Shown here piece by piece: positions 1 to 10,497 of a DNA stretch of 64,000 bases. Position 1 is the first letter of the stretch; every line of letters begins with the position of its first letter. The stretch comes from an uncultured Alphaproteobacteria bacterium (GTDB taxonomy: Bacteria > Pseudomonadota > Alphaproteobacteria > Rhizobiales > Methyloligellaceae), in assembly GCA_963783455.1 (NCBI GenBank), contig CAWANV010000009.1:72750-136749 (forward strand). The letters are read 5' to 3'. Position numbers and translations under genes: made by a program. The notes under the pieces were generated by a model that made no database searches, had not been told where the DNA came from, and saw only the letters and a list, made by a program, of their open reading frames with translations.

Positions 1-655
1 CCCGCGGAGCGAAGCCGGGAGACCGCTCGCTGATGAGAAGGCCGCGCTCGCCGATCGCCCGCTGCAAGTCATCATTCTCGGGCGGATAGACGATGTCGAT
101 GCCGCCGGCGAGCACGGCGATGGTGCCATGCTCGAGCGCGGCAAGATGCGCCGCCGTATCGATGCCGCGGGCGAGCCCCGAGGCGATGACGAACCCTTCA
201 AGCGCGAGATCGGTGGCGATCTGGCGGGTGAATTTCTGTCCAACGGCGGAGCCGTTGCGGGCGCCGACGATGGCGACGATGGGGATGTCGGCGAGCTCGA
301 GTCTGCCCTTGGCGTAGAGGAGGGGCGGTGGCGAATCGACCTGGGCGAGCGCCGGCGGATAGCCCGGCTCGCCGATGGCGACGAGGCTTGCCCCCAAGCT
401 TTCGGCAGCCTCGAGTTCGGCTTCGGCTTCGGCCTCGGTGCAGAGGCGGATGTCGGAGCGTCCTCCGCGCCGCGATAGGAGCGGCAGCGCGGCAATGGCG
501 GCCTCGGCGCCGCCGAACTCATTGACGAGGGCGCGGAAGGTGGCGGGCCCCACATTCTCGCTTCTGATCAATCTGAGCCAAGCGAGACGCTGATGATGGT
601 TCAGGCGCGCCGAGGGCTTGGTCGGAGCTGAGGCCTTAGAGCTTCGTTTCGCCAA
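1..655 (-). CDS. dprA: DNA-processing protein DprA (3' part runs off the window start)
   Basis: Manual minus-strand translation gives [18 protein letters not shown] ... [15 protein letters not shown] ... [17 protein letters not shown], all DprA motifs. Putative TTG start overlaps the plsY end; conserved plsY-dprA order. Confidence 0.9.
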   Translation of the reverse strand, partial: MAKRSSKASAPTKPSARLNHHQRLAWLRLIRSENVGPATFRALVNEFGGAEAAIAALPLLSRRGGRSDIRLCTEAEAEAELEAAESLGASLVAIGEPGYPPALAQVDSPPPLLYAKGRLELADIPIVAIVGARNGSAVGQKFTRQIATDLALEGFVIASGLARGIDTAAHLAALEHGTIAVLAGGIDIVYPPENDDLQRAIGERGLLISERSPGFAPR

Positions 656-1265
656 TGCGCGCCTCCTCGCCTCGCGCCAGCCGCTCGATATTCGCGGCAT
701 GGCGGATATAGAGAAGGACGGTGAGCAGCAGGAACAGCACGGCGAGCCGCCATTGGCCGGTGAAAGCGAGCGTGCCGACGCTCGCTATGCTTGCAGCAAG
801 CGCGGAGAGCGATGAATAGCGCGTGGTGGCCGCCACCAAGAGCCAGACCACGCAGAACACGGCCGCGGCCGGCCAATAAAGCCCGAGCAGTACACCGATA
901 TAGGTCGCAACCCCTTTACCGCCCCGGAAGCCGAGCCAGACCGGAAAGAGATGACCAAGAAAGGCCCCGAGGCCGGCCGGCATTGCCGCGTACGGACCGA
1001 AATGAGATCCCACCCAGACGGCGGCTGTGCCCTTCAACAGGTCGAGCAGGAGCGTGAGCGCGGCAAGGCCCTTATTGCCGGTGCGCAAGACATTGGTGGC
1101 ACCGATATTGCCGGAGCCGATCTGACGCAAATCGCCGAGCCCGGCGAACTTGGCGAGGAGTAGTCCGAAGGGGATGGAGCCGAGCAGATAGCCGAACGCG
1201 AAGCTCAAGAGACAAAGGCTCAGGAGAAAAGGGACGGCGTCACCCCAATCGCCAGGAGGAGGCAT
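636..1265 (-). CDS. plsY: Glycerol-3-phosphate acyltransferase PlsY
   Basis: [39 protein letters not shown] and RHAANIERL motifs. Confidence 0.95.
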   Translation of the reverse strand: MPPPGDWGDAVPFLLSLCLLSFAFGYLLGSIPFGLLLAKFAGLGDLRQIGSGNIGATNVLRTGNKGLAALTLLLDLLKGTAAVWVGSHFGPYAAMPAGLGAFLGHLFPVWLGFRGGKGVATYIGVLLGLYWPAAAVFCVVWLLVAATTRYSSLSALAASIASVGTLAFTGQWRLAVLFLLLTVLLYIRHAANIERLARGEEARIGETKL

Positions 1266-1291
1266 CGATCACCCTTCTAGAGAGGGCGCCG

Positions 1292-2627
1292 TTACGGGCC
1301 CGGACTGTCAGCGTAGTTGTAGACGAGGCGTCCGGCAACGACGGTCAGAAGCGCGCGGCCCTGAAGCCGCGCAGCGTCGAACGGCGTGTTTTTGGACTTG
1401 GAGCGCAAGCGCTCGGGTTCAACAACCCAGGGCGTCTCAAGGTCGATCAACACGAGATCGGCCGGGGCGCCTTTAGCGAGGCGTCCGCTTCCGGTCCCGA
1501 GCAGCCGGGCCGGATTTGCCGTCAGCGCTTGTAGCAGCCGGCCAAGCTCGACGTCCCCGTTGTGGTACAGGCGAAGGGCCACGGCGAGCAGGGTCTCAAG
1601 GCCTATGGCGCCGTCGGCGGCCTCGGCAAATGGGCGGCGCTTTCCCTCGGCGCCTCTCGGATCGTGGGCCGATACAATCACGTCGATGTCGCCGCTCGCC
1701 ACGCCCTCGACCATGGCGCGGCGGTCGTCCTCGGACCGGAGCGGCGGCCTTATCTTGAAGAAGGTGCGGTAGGGGCCGATGTCGTTTTCGTTGAGCGTGA
1801 GGTGGTTGATGGACACGCCGCAGGTGACGGGAATGCCTCGTTGCTTGGCGGCGCGGACGATGTCGAGCGAGGCCCGGCAAGAGATCTGGCCGGCGTGATA
1901 GCGCCCGCCGGTGAGCTCGACCAGACGGATATCGCGCTCCAGCATGATGGTTTCGGCGGCAGCAGGGACGCCGCGAAGCCCTAGCCTGGTCGCGACTTCG
2001 CCCTCGTTCATCACGCCATCCTGTGCCAGGGTGGGGTCTTCAAGGTGATGCACGATCAGCGCGCCGAAATCCTTGGCGTAAGCGAGCACGTTGCGCATGA
2101 CCTTGGCGTCGGCGAGGCTCGCCTTGCCGTTGGCAAAGGCGACGGCGCCCGCCTCGTGCAGGAGGCCGATCTCGCTCATTTCCTCGCCCAACAGACCTTT
2201 GGTCATGGCCGCCATGGGATGGACGTGAACAAGGGCGGTGTCGCGCGCGCGCCTCAGGATGAAATCGACCAGCGCCACGTCGTCGATCACCGGATCGGTA
2301 TTGGGCATGCAGACGATGGTGGTGACGCCGCCCGCGGCGGCCGCCCGGCTCGCCGTGGCCAAGCGTCTCGCGGTGCTCGTGGCCGGGCTCGCCGGTAAAG
2401 ACCATCATGTCGACGAGGCCGGGCGCAAGCACGCGGCCGCCGCAGTCGACGATCTCGGCATCGCCGACGGCGCCTGACGCGATATGCGGTCCGAGATCGG
2501 CAATGAGGCCGTCTGCGATCAGCACGCCGCCGGTCTGATCGAGGCGGGAGGAAGGATCGATCAGCCGCGCATTGACGAACGCTGTCGCGCGGGAGGGAGA
2601 GCGCTGGTCTTGGGTGAGCGCCTGCAT
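1292..2627 (-). CDS. pyrC: Dihydroorotase (one apparent frameshift near 2365)
   Basis: N-part [10 protein letters not shown]...APGLVDM...[10 protein letters not shown] lies in ORF 2040..3695. C-part [18 protein letters not shown]...SKSKNTPF lies in ORF 1292..2362. Follows pyrB. Confidence 0.92.
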
Positions 2628-2632
2628 CGCCG

Positions 2633-3590
2633 TCACCGGTTCGGCAGATGGCGGGCCAGGGCCTGGAGCACCGCCATGCGTACCGCCACGCCCATCTCCA
2701 CCTGCTCGCGGATGACGCTGCGCGCGTCGTCGGCGACATTGGAGTCGATCTCCACGCCTCTGTTCATCGGGCCCGGATGCATGACGAGCGCGTCCGGCTT
2801 GGCGCGGGCGAGTTTGTCGTAGTCGAGGCCGAAGAAGTGGAAATATTCGCGCTGTGCTCGGAACCAGGCTCGAAGTCATGCGCTCGCGCTGGAGCCGCAG
2901 CATCATGACGATATCGGCGTCTGCCAAACCCTCGCGCATCGAGGTGTAAACCTCGACCCCCAGCCGCCCGATGCCGGAGGGGAGCAATGTGGAAGGCGCC
3001 ACCACGCGGACGCGGGCGCCGAGCGCGTTAAGAAGCAGGATATTGGATCGCGCGACCCGCGAATGCTGGATATCGCCGCAGATCGCCACGATGAGGCCCT
3101 CGATGCGCGCTTTGTGGCGGCGGATGGTGAGCGCATCGAGCAGCGCCTGCGTCGGGTGCTCGTGGCTGCCGTCGCCGGCATTGATCACCGAGCAGTCGAC
3201 CTTTTGGGACAAGAGCTCGACCGCGCCCGCCGCATGATGGCGCACCACGAGGAGGTCGGGGCGCATGGCGTTCAAGGTCACCGCCGTATCGATCAAGGTC
3301 TCGCCCTTCTGGACCGACGAGGTGCCGACCGACATGTTCATCACGTCGGCGCCAAGCCTCTTGCCGGCAAGCTCGAAGGAGCTTTGGGTCCGGGTCGAAG
3401 CCTCGAAGAAGAGATTGATCAGGGTGCGGCCGCGCAGATCGTCGCGTTTCTTGTCGATTTGCCGGCTGAGCTTGGCGGCCTGTTCGGAAAGATCGAGCAG
3501 CGCCGTGATTTCGGCGCGCGAAAGGCCTTCGATTCCAAGAAGATGGCGGTGAGGAAAGGAAAGGTCGGAGGCTTCGGCCGCAATGCTCAT
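2633..3590 (-). CDS. pyrB: Aspartate carbamoyltransferase catalytic subunit (apparent frameshift near 2855)
   Basis: [30 protein letters not shown] and MLRLQRERM motifs; the C-terminal MHPGPMNRG part is in another frame. Confidence 0.95.
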
Positions 3591-3807
3591 CAAAGGGACT
3601 GTATAAGCCTCACCGCAGGATGCGGCAAGCGTGGCGGCGCAATTAAGGTAAGCTTGCCCTAACGCGCCTTTGGGAGCTTGATGCCCATGGCCCATCGCCC
3701 GGCTCCAGACTGGCGGTGCCGATCAGTGTCCGTGTCACGAATCTACGCTATCCTCGGTCATCTTACCGTTTGTGCAGGTAGGGAACCTCAAATCAAGGAG
3801 GCAAAAG

Positions 3808-4038
3808 ATGCGTAAGCTTGCGATTGCCTTAGCTGTGTCAGCGGCGGTGTTGTTCGCCGGAGGCCTCGCGTGGAAGGCCGACGCCACGACCTGGAGGTCG
3901 GGAACCCTGAATTTTCCGTCTGCGGCAAAGAACTATTCGCCGGTCGAGAAGACCGCCTGTGATGGATGGGGGCGGCACTGCCCGCCGGGATTCACTTGGC
4001 GTTGCGGTCCGTTCCGGTGCTGGTGCGCGCCTTGCTAA
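3808..4038 (+). CDS. Small secreted cysteine-rich protein (76 aa from the ATG at 3808)
   Basis: AAGGAGG SD upstream of ATG 3808; Sec-type signal peptide MRKLAIALAVSAAVLFAGGLAWKADA; C-terminus ACDGWGRHCPPGFTWRCGPFRCWCAPC with 6 Cys; followed by a hairpin. Confidence 0.8.
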   Translation: MRKLAIALAVSAAVLFAGGLAWKADATTWRSGTLNFPSAAKNYSPVEKTACDGWGRHCPPGFTWRCGPFRCWCAPC

Positions 4039-4081
4039 TCGGCTGACGGCAGAAGCAGCCTAAGCGCCCTCGACACCATCA

Positions 4082-4116
4082 GAGGCCGCCGCATCTGGCG
4101 GCCTCGTCCTTTCTCT
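4082..4116 (+). terminator. Probable rho-independent terminator after the Cys-rich micro-protein gene
   Basis: GAGGCCGCC-GCATCT-GGCGGCCTC stem-loop followed by a pyrimidine-rich tail (GTCCTTTCTCT). Confidence 0.55.
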
Positions 4117-4273
4117 GGGGGCGGGGGAGAGGATGGAGAGGCCGACCTTCTTGCTTGCCAGCGCACCCGGAATTTCAATAACTTGCGGTTTACGGCTCGC
4201 AGCGAATCAACGAGACTCGCGCGACCGGCGAGACTGGAAGCCGGCATGGAGTCGGTCAGGCGGAGGCTGCGCC

Positions 4274-4429
4274 ATGATGAGCTTACCTTTTCTTCTCTTT
4301 GCCTGCGGACTTGGCGCGGCCTGGCTCAGGCAGCGCGGGGCGGCAATGGGCTTTTGGGTCGCAGGCCTCGTGGTGCTGCTCGTGCTGTTCCGCGTCCATA
4401 TGAGCGACGTTCTGAACATCGCACTTTGA
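4274..4429 (+). CDS. Small two-TM membrane protein (DUF5993-like)
   Basis: GGAGG SD; MMSLPFLLF...FRVHMSDVLNIAL with two hydrophobic segments; the H-x-x-D-x-L-x-I-x-L ending is typical of the small protein found upstream of DsbB-like genes. Confidence 0.7.
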   Translation: MMSLPFLLFACGLGAAWLRQRGAAMGFWVAGLVVLLVLFRVHMSDVLNIAL

Positions 4430-4445
4430 GCTAAGGGGACGAAGG

Positions 4446-5003
4446 GTGCCGAGCGATCTGTCGAGGCTCCTCAATGCCTTGGGGTTGATTGCCGTCGATA
4501 CTTTGCTGGCACTCGCCTTTATCGATCAGCTCTGGTTTCGCGACCTGCCATGTCCCTTGTGCATCCTGCAACGGGCCGGCTTCACCGCCGCAGGCTTCGG
4601 GCTTGCGCTCAATCTCCTCTTCGGCCCGCGACCGAGCCATTATGGCGTGACGATCTTGGGCGCAAGCGTGGGCGCGGCCATCTCCATGCGCCAAACCCTG
4701 CTCCACATCGTTCCGGGCACCGGCTCATACGGCAATGCGATCTTTGGGCTGCATCTCTACACCTGGGCATTCATCGCCTTTGCCCTGATGGTCATCGGCT
4801 GCGCCGTTCTCTTGCTTGACGACCGGCAATTCGCTCGCCCCGAGCCTTGGTCTAGCCGCATGAACGTGCTGCCGCTCACGGCATTCGTCGTGTTCGTCGT
4901 GCTCGCTGTCGGCAACGTCATCTCGACGCTGCTCATCTGCGGCGCGGGTTTCTGCCCCGACTATCCCACACAATATCTCCTGTTCAACGGAACTCCGGTC
5001 TAG
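4446..5003 (+). CDS. Disulfide bond formation protein, DsbB/DsbI family
   Basis: DLPCPLCILQR motif, multiple TM helices, second Cys pair CGAGFC near the C-terminus. Confidence 0.88.
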   Translation: MPSDLSRLLNALGLIAVDTLLALAFIDQLWFRDLPCPLCILQRAGFTAAGFGLALNLLFGPRPSHYGVTILGASVGAAISMRQTLLHIVPGTGSYGNAIFGLHLYTWAFIAFALMVIGCAVLLLDDRQFARPEPWSSRMNVLPLTAFVVFVVLAVGNVISTLLICGAGFCPDYPTQYLLFNGTPV

Positions 5004-5007
5004 CGGC

Positions 5008-5487
5008 TTAAGCGGTGAGACGGTTCAGCCGGTCGAGCGCGCCTTGCAGGATGTAGGCTGCCGCCATGCGGTCGATCACTTGAGCGCGCCGCTTGCGGGA
5101 GGCGCCGGCCTCGATGAGGTGGCGTTCGACGGCGGCGGTCGAAAGCCGCTCGTCCCAGAAGACCATGGGGACCTCGATGCGGGCGGCAAGGTTGCGGGCG
5201 AAGGCCCGCGTCGATTGGGCGCGCGGTCCCTCAGAGCCGTCGAGATTGATGGGGAGGCCGATCACCAGCGCGCCGACCTCATGCTCTTCTACCGCTTCCT
5301 GAATGACCTTGGCATCTTCGGTGAACTTGGTCCGGCGCACCGTGTGGTACGGCGTGGCGATCGAGCGCGTCACGTCCGACAAGGCCAGGCCGATGGTCTT
5401 GGTGCCGACATCGAGACCGAGCAGCCGCGCCTCGCGGGCGAGCAGCGGGGGCAGGTCTTCGATGGCGACGAGAGGTGCTACAGTCAC
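5008..5487 (-). CDS. ruvX: Holliday-junction-resolvase-like / pre-16S rRNA nuclease RuvX (YqgF)
   Basis: LLGLDVGTKTIGLA, WDERLST and IDRMAAAYILQG motifs. Confidence 0.95.
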   Translation of the reverse strand: MTVAPLVAIEDLPPLLAREARLLGLDVGTKTIGLALSDVTRSIATPYHTVRRTKFTEDAKVIQEAVEEHEVGALVIGLPINLDGSEGPRAQSTRAFARNLAARIEVPMVFWDERLSTAAVERHLIEAGASRKRRAQVIDRMAAAYILQGALDRLNRLTA

Positions 5488-5513
5488 GAGAGGCGCATCA
5501 AGGGGTGTAACGC

Positions 5514-6215
5514 ATGAGGATCACGTGGTTCGGCCATTCTTGCTTCCGTATCGATACCGGCTCGAGCAGCATCCTGATCGATCCCTTTCTGACCGGCAAC
5601 ACCACCTTCGAGGAGGCTGACATCCCCCTGCATAAGGCCGCCAAGGGGGTGACCCATGTGGCGCTCACCCACGGGCATGAGGACCACACGGGGGACACCG
5701 TGCGCATCTGCAAGGAGACAGGGGCCCAGCTCATCGCCGTGCATGAGCTTGCCACCCATATGGCGGCCCATGGGGTGGAGAAAATCGATCCCGGCAACAC
5801 CGGCGGCACGCTCCATCACGGCGACTTCGATCTCACCTTCGTTCCGGCTTGGCATTCGGCTTCGAACATCGTGGACGGGCGCCCGGTCTATCTCGGCGCC
5901 TGTTGCGGCCTGATCGTTACGCCCAGCGGAGACAAGACGGTCTACCACATGGGCGATACCGCAATCTTCTCCGACATGGGACTGATCAACGAAATTTACG
6001 CGCCGGCGATCGGCTTCGTGCCGATCGGCGACCGCTATACCATGGGCGCCAAGACCGCGGCGCTGGCCTGCAAGCGCTTCTTCCAGTTCGAGCTGATCGT
6101 GCCTTGCCATTACGGCACCTTTCCCGTGCTCGATGAGACCGCCGACAAGTTCATCGCCGAGATGGGCGGCAACACTGTGCTCGTGCCGGAGGTTGGGGTG
6201 CCGTTCGAGGCCTGA
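5514..6215 (+). CDS. UPF0173 metal-dependent hydrolase (MBL fold)
   Basis: [24 protein letters not shown] and PCHYGTF motifs. Confidence 0.9.
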   Translation: MRITWFGHSCFRIDTGSSSILIDPFLTGNTTFEEADIPLHKAAKGVTHVALTHGHEDHTGDTVRICKETGAQLIAVHELATHMAAHGVEKIDPGNTGGTLHHGDFDLTFVPAWHSASNIVDGRPVYLGACCGLIVTPSGDKTVYHMGDTAIFSDMGLINEIYAPAIGFVPIGDRYTMGAKTAALACKRFFQFELIVPCHYGTFPVLDETADKFIAEMGGNTVLVPEVGVPFEA

Positions 6216-6289
6216 AGCCAAGTTGCCGCTTGAGCGGCACGGTGCTAGACGAGCGCTCAAGGAACGCAAAGCTTAAGGCCCCTCCCTTC

Positions 6290-6577
6290 ATGTCCGTCGA
6301 TCGCGCCACTGTCCGCCGCATCGCCCGCCTTGCCCGCCTCGCCATCACCGAGGAGGAGGCCGGCCGGCTCGAGCAGGAGCTGTCGGGCATCCTCGATTGG
6401 GTCGCCCAGCTCGACGAGATCGACACCAGCGCGGTCGAGCCGATGACGCGGGTGGCGGCCATGACCATGAAGAAGCGCAAGGACGAGGTCACCGACGGTT
6501 TCTGCGCCGCCGACATCCTCAAGAACGCGCCACAGGTCGATGACGGCTATTTCGTCGTGCCCAAGGTCGTCGAATAG
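6290..6577 (+). CDS. gatC: Asp/Glu-tRNA amidotransferase subunit C
   Basis: [17 protein letters not shown]...YFVVPKVVE. Confidence 0.95.
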   Translation: MSVDRATVRRIARLARLAITEEEAGRLEQELSGILDWVAQLDEIDTSAVEPMTRVAAMTMKKRKDEVTDGFCAADILKNAPQVDDGYFVVPKVVE

Positions 6578-6631
6578 GAGGGCATGATGCGCCGCGCCGT
6601 TTTCTTGTGCGAACATTTGAAGCCATAGGCC

Positions 6632-8120
6632 GTGACCAAACTGACCGATCTCACCATTGCCGAAGCGCGCGAGGGCTTGCGCGACAAGTCGTTCTCGGCG
6701 CGCGAGCTCACGCAAGCTCATCTCGCCGCGATCGAATCCGCCAACGCGGCGCTCAACGCATACGTTCTGCCGACGCCGGAGCGGGCGCTCGAGATGGCAA
6801 AAGCAAGCGACGCGCGCCTCAAAAAAGGAGAGGGAGGCAGCGCTCGAAGGCATCCCGCTCGGCATCAAGGATCTGTTCTGCACCAAAGGGTTCCGCACCA
6901 CCGCCTGCTCGCACATTCTCGACGGCTTCACGCCCACCTATGAATCGACGGTGACGGCCAATCTCTGGGCGGAAGGGGCGGTGATGCTGGGCAAGCTCAA
7001 CAATGACGAGTTCGCCATGGGCTCGTCCAACGAGACGAGCTATTACGGCCCCGTCATCAATCCCTGGCAGCGCCGAGGCTCGAACGCAAAGCTCGTGCCC
7101 GGCGGCTCCTCGGGCGGCTCCTCGGCGGCGGTGGCGGCAAGGCTCTGCATGGGGGCGACCGCCACCGACACGGGCGGCTCGATCCGCCAGCCCGCCGCCG
7201 TGACCGGCACGGTCGGCATCAAGCCCACCTACGGCCGCTGCTCGCGCTGGGGGATCGTGGCGTTCGCCTCCTCGCTCGATCAGGCGGGGCCGATCGCCCG
7301 CACCGTGGAGGACGCCGCCATCCTGTTGCAGGTCATGGCGAGCCACGATCCCAAGGACACGACGAGCGTCGCTATGAAGGTGCCGGACTACGAGGCCGCC
7401 GTGGGGAAGGGCGTGAAGGGGCTCACCATCGGCATCCCCAAGGAATATCGCGTGCCGGGCATGGCGCCCGAGATCGAGGCGTTATGGCAGAAGGGGGTGG
7501 AGTGGCTGAAGGACGCCGGCGCCAAGATCAAGGAGGTGAGCCTGCCGCACACCAAATATGCGCTGCCCTCTTATTATATTGTCGCGCCGGCCGAGGCCTC
7601 CTCCAATCTCGCCCGCTATGACGGCGTGCGCTACGGCTTGCGCGAGAAGGGCTCGGACGTGACCTCGATGTATGAGAACACGCGCGCGGCTGGCTTCGGG
7701 CAGGAGGTGAAGCGCCGCATCCTGATCGGCACCTATGTGCTGTCGGCGGGCTATTATGACGCCTATTATCTGAAAGCCCAGAAGGTGCGCACCTTGATCA
7801 AGCGCGACTTCGATAGCGCGTTCGAGGAGGTCGATGCGATCCTGACGCCGACCACGCCGGGACCCGCCTTCGCGCTCGGCGAGAAATCGGGAGACCCGGT
7901 CGAGATGTATCTCAACGACATCTTCACCGTGACGGTGAACATGGCGGGCTTGCCGGGGATGAGCGTGCCGGCCGGGCTATCGTCAGAGGGCACGCCGCTC
8001 GGGCTTCAGCTCATCGGCAAGCCCTTCGACGAGGAGACGCTATTCCGCGTGGGCCGCGTGATCGAGGCGGCGGCGGGGCCGCTGGCCAAGCCGCACGACT
8101 GGTGGAGCAAAGCCGCATGA
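6632..8120 (+). CDS. gatA: Asp/Glu-tRNA amidotransferase subunit A (apparent frameshift near 6835)
   Basis: [14 protein letters not shown]-terminus, then amidase signature [16 protein letters not shown] and [13 protein letters not shown]. Confidence 0.95.
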
Positions 8121-8530
8121 GCGAGCCTACGACGAAGCGCATTTTGGTGTCCTCAGGGAGCCCCTACGAGCCCGTCATCGGCTTCTCGCGGGCGGTACGC
8201 GTCGGCAATATCGTCGCCGTGGGCGGCACCACCGCGGGCTCAGGCGGCAAGCCGGTCAAGGTCGGCGATCCCGCGGCGCAGACCCGCGCCATCCTCGAGA
8301 TCATCGAGAAAGCGCTGCAAGATGCCGGCGCGAGCCTCAAGGATGTGATCCGCACCCGGACCTATCTCGTCGACATCGCCCATTGGGAGGCGGTGGGCCG
8401 CGTGCATGGCGAGTTCTTCGGCGACATTCGCCCGGCCTCGAGCATGCTGCAAGTGACGGGCTTCATCAGTCCGGACTGGCTGGTGGAAATCGAGGCCGAC
8501 GCCGTCGTACCCGCATTCTGCAGCTTGAAG
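8117..8530 (+). CDS. RidA/YjgF/Rid family protein (end uncertain; as given it reads in frame into the next gene)
   Basis: [19 protein letters not shown]...[14 protein letters not shown]...[10 protein letters not shown]; ATG overlaps the gatA stop (ATGA). Confidence 0.85.
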
Positions 8531-8542
8531 GACGATCACGCC

Positions 8543-8858
8543 ATGGCGCCACGCAAGGCCAAGGATTGCAAGACGATGGAGGAGGTGAGGGCCGAGATCG
8601 ACCGCATCGATCACGGCGCTGGTCGATCTGATCGGCGAGCGCTTTATCTTTGTCGACCGCGCCTGGGAGCTCAAGCAGTCGCCGGCTGAGGCGCGGGTGC
8701 CGTGGCGCATCCAGCAGGTGATCGACGGGGTCCGCGCGCGGGCGGCGGAGAAGGGCCTGCCGCCCGAGCTCGCCGAGGCCTTATGGCGGCAGATGATCGG
8801 CTGGTTCATCCAATATGAGGAGGAGAAGCTCCGCCAGCAGCTTGAATCTGAGAAGTAG
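8543..8858 (+). CDS. Chorismate mutase / isochorismate-pyruvate lyase (AroQ/PchB-like; apparent frameshift near 8612)
   Basis: [15 protein letters not shown] + [10 protein letters not shown]...[18 protein letters not shown]...[13 protein letters not shown]; GAAGGA SD-like sequence upstream. Confidence 0.85.
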
Positions 8859-8867
8859 CCGCGAGTT

Positions 8868-8904
8868 CCCCCTCTCCCCAGTGGGGAGAGGGCAGGGTGA
8901 GGGG
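8868..8904 (+). repeat. Palindromic REP-like element, CCCTCTCCC/GGGAGAGGG...GGGTGAGGGG family
   Basis: CCCCCTCTCCCCAGTGGGGAGAGGGCAGGGTGAGGGG; a near-identical copy lies inverted at 34573-34610. Confidence 0.8.
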
Positions 8905-8923
8905 ACTTTGCCCAATTCAATTC

Positions 8924-9008
8924 GTCATGCCCGGCCTTGTGCCGGGCATCCACGCCTTTAAGTTATAACCATCAAGACGTGGATGGCCGGGACAAGCCCG
9001 GCCATGAC
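8924..9008. repeat. Inverted pair of REP-like palindromes (GTCATGCCCGG...CATCCAC family)
   Basis: GTCATGCCCGGCCTTGTGCCGGGCATCCACG (8924-8954) and its inverted mate CGTGGATGGCCGGGACAAGCCCGGCCATGAC (8978-9008); each unit is itself a hairpin. Confidence 0.85.
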
Positions 9009-9023
9009 CAGAGCGTTCCTGCC

Positions 9024-10497
9024 ATGGATCAAAAAGCGGAAAAGACGAATCTCATCGAAGGCGAGACCGGCCCCTGGGAGGTGGTGATCGGCATGGAGGT
9101 GCATGCGCAAGTCACCTCCAACGCCAAGCTGTTCTCGGGCGCCTCGACCGAGTTCGGCGGCGAGCCGAACTCCCATGTGAGCCTGGTCGATGCCGCCATG
9201 CCCGGCATGCTGCCGGTCATCAACGAAGGCTGCATCGCCCAAGCCATCCGCACCGGGCTGGGCTTGAAGGCCAAGATCAACCTGACGTCGATTTTCGACC
9301 GCAAGAACTATTTCTATCCCGACCTGCCGCAAGGCTATCAGATCAGCCAGTACAAGAGCCCGATCGTGGGCGAGGGCGAGGTCATCGTCGATCTCTTGAG
9401 CGGCGAGCGGGTCACCGTCGGCATCGAGCGACTGCATCTCGAGCAGGACGCGGGCAAGAGCCTGCACGACCAGCATCCGCTCTATTCCTATGTCGATCTC
9501 AACCGCTCGGGCGTGGCGCTGATGGAGATCGTATCGAAGCCCGATTTGCGCTCGTCCGAGCAGGCCAAGGCTTATGTCGGCAAGCTCAGGACCATCATGC
9601 GCTATCTCGGCACTTGCGACGGCAATATGGAGCAGGGCTCGCTCCGCGCCGACGTCAACGTGTCGGTGCGCCGGCCCGGTGAGCCGCTCGGCACAAGATG
9701 CGAGATCAAGAACGTCAACTCCATCCGCTTCATCGGCCAGGCCATCGAGCATGAGGCGCGCCGCCAGATCGAGATCCTGGAGGAGGGCGGCGTCATCCAT
9801 CAGGAGACGCGGCTGTTCGACGCCAAGACCGGGGAGACGCGCTCCATGCGCTCGAAGGAGGAGGCGCATGACTATCGCTATTTCCCGGACCCCGATCTCT
9901 TGCCGCTCGAGCTGACGCAAGACTATGTGGATAGGCTTGGTAAGGATCTGCCCGAGCTTCCCGACGCCAAGCGGGCGCGCTTCATCGCCGACTATGGCTT
10001 GAGCCCCTATGATTCCGACGTGCTGATCGCCGAGAAGGAGTCCGCCGATTATTTCGAGAGCGTGGCCAAGGGCCGCGACGCCAAGCAGGCCGCGAACTGG
10101 GTGATCAACGAGCTGTTCGGCCGCCTCAACAAGGAAGGCCGGGACATTATCGACAGCCCCGTCACAACAAGCCAGCTCGGCGCGATCCTCGATCTCATCA
10201 AGGCGGAAACCATCTCGGGCAAGATCGCCAAGGATGTGTTCGACATCGTTTGGGCGGAAGGCGGCGAGCCCGCTGCCATCGTCGAGGCGCGCGGGCCTGA
10301 CCCAGGTCACCGACATGGGCGCCATCGAGCAGGCGGTCGATCAGGTGATCGCCGCCAACCCCGAGAAGGCCGAGCAGGCTAAGCTCAAGCCCGCGCTCGC
10401 CGGCTGGTTCGTCGGCCAGGTGATGAAAGTCACAGGCGGGAAGGCGAGCCCGCAGGCCGTCAATGAGCTCATCAAGCAAAAGCTCGGGATCGAATGA
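9024..10497 (+). CDS. gatB: Asp/Glu-tRNA amidotransferase subunit B (apparent frameshift near 10290)
   Basis: [31 protein letters not shown] and [17 protein letters not shown] motifs; C-terminal [17 protein letters not shown] is in another frame. Confidence 0.95.

Noticed and set aside
2040-3695. 551-aa apparent PyrB-PyrC fusion ORF
   Set aside because: Produced by indels; the native pyrB stop (2633) and pyrC start (2627) are visible in other frames.
6800-6860. Programmed ribosomal frameshift in gatA near the A6 run
   Set aside because: No precedent for gatA, and the same kind of break occurs in dozens of genes, so sequencing error is the simpler explanation.
8937-9023. N-terminal extension of GatB (…[10 protein letters not shown]…)
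   Set aside because: It is the translation of the REP-like palindrome; ATG 9024 is the more plausible start.
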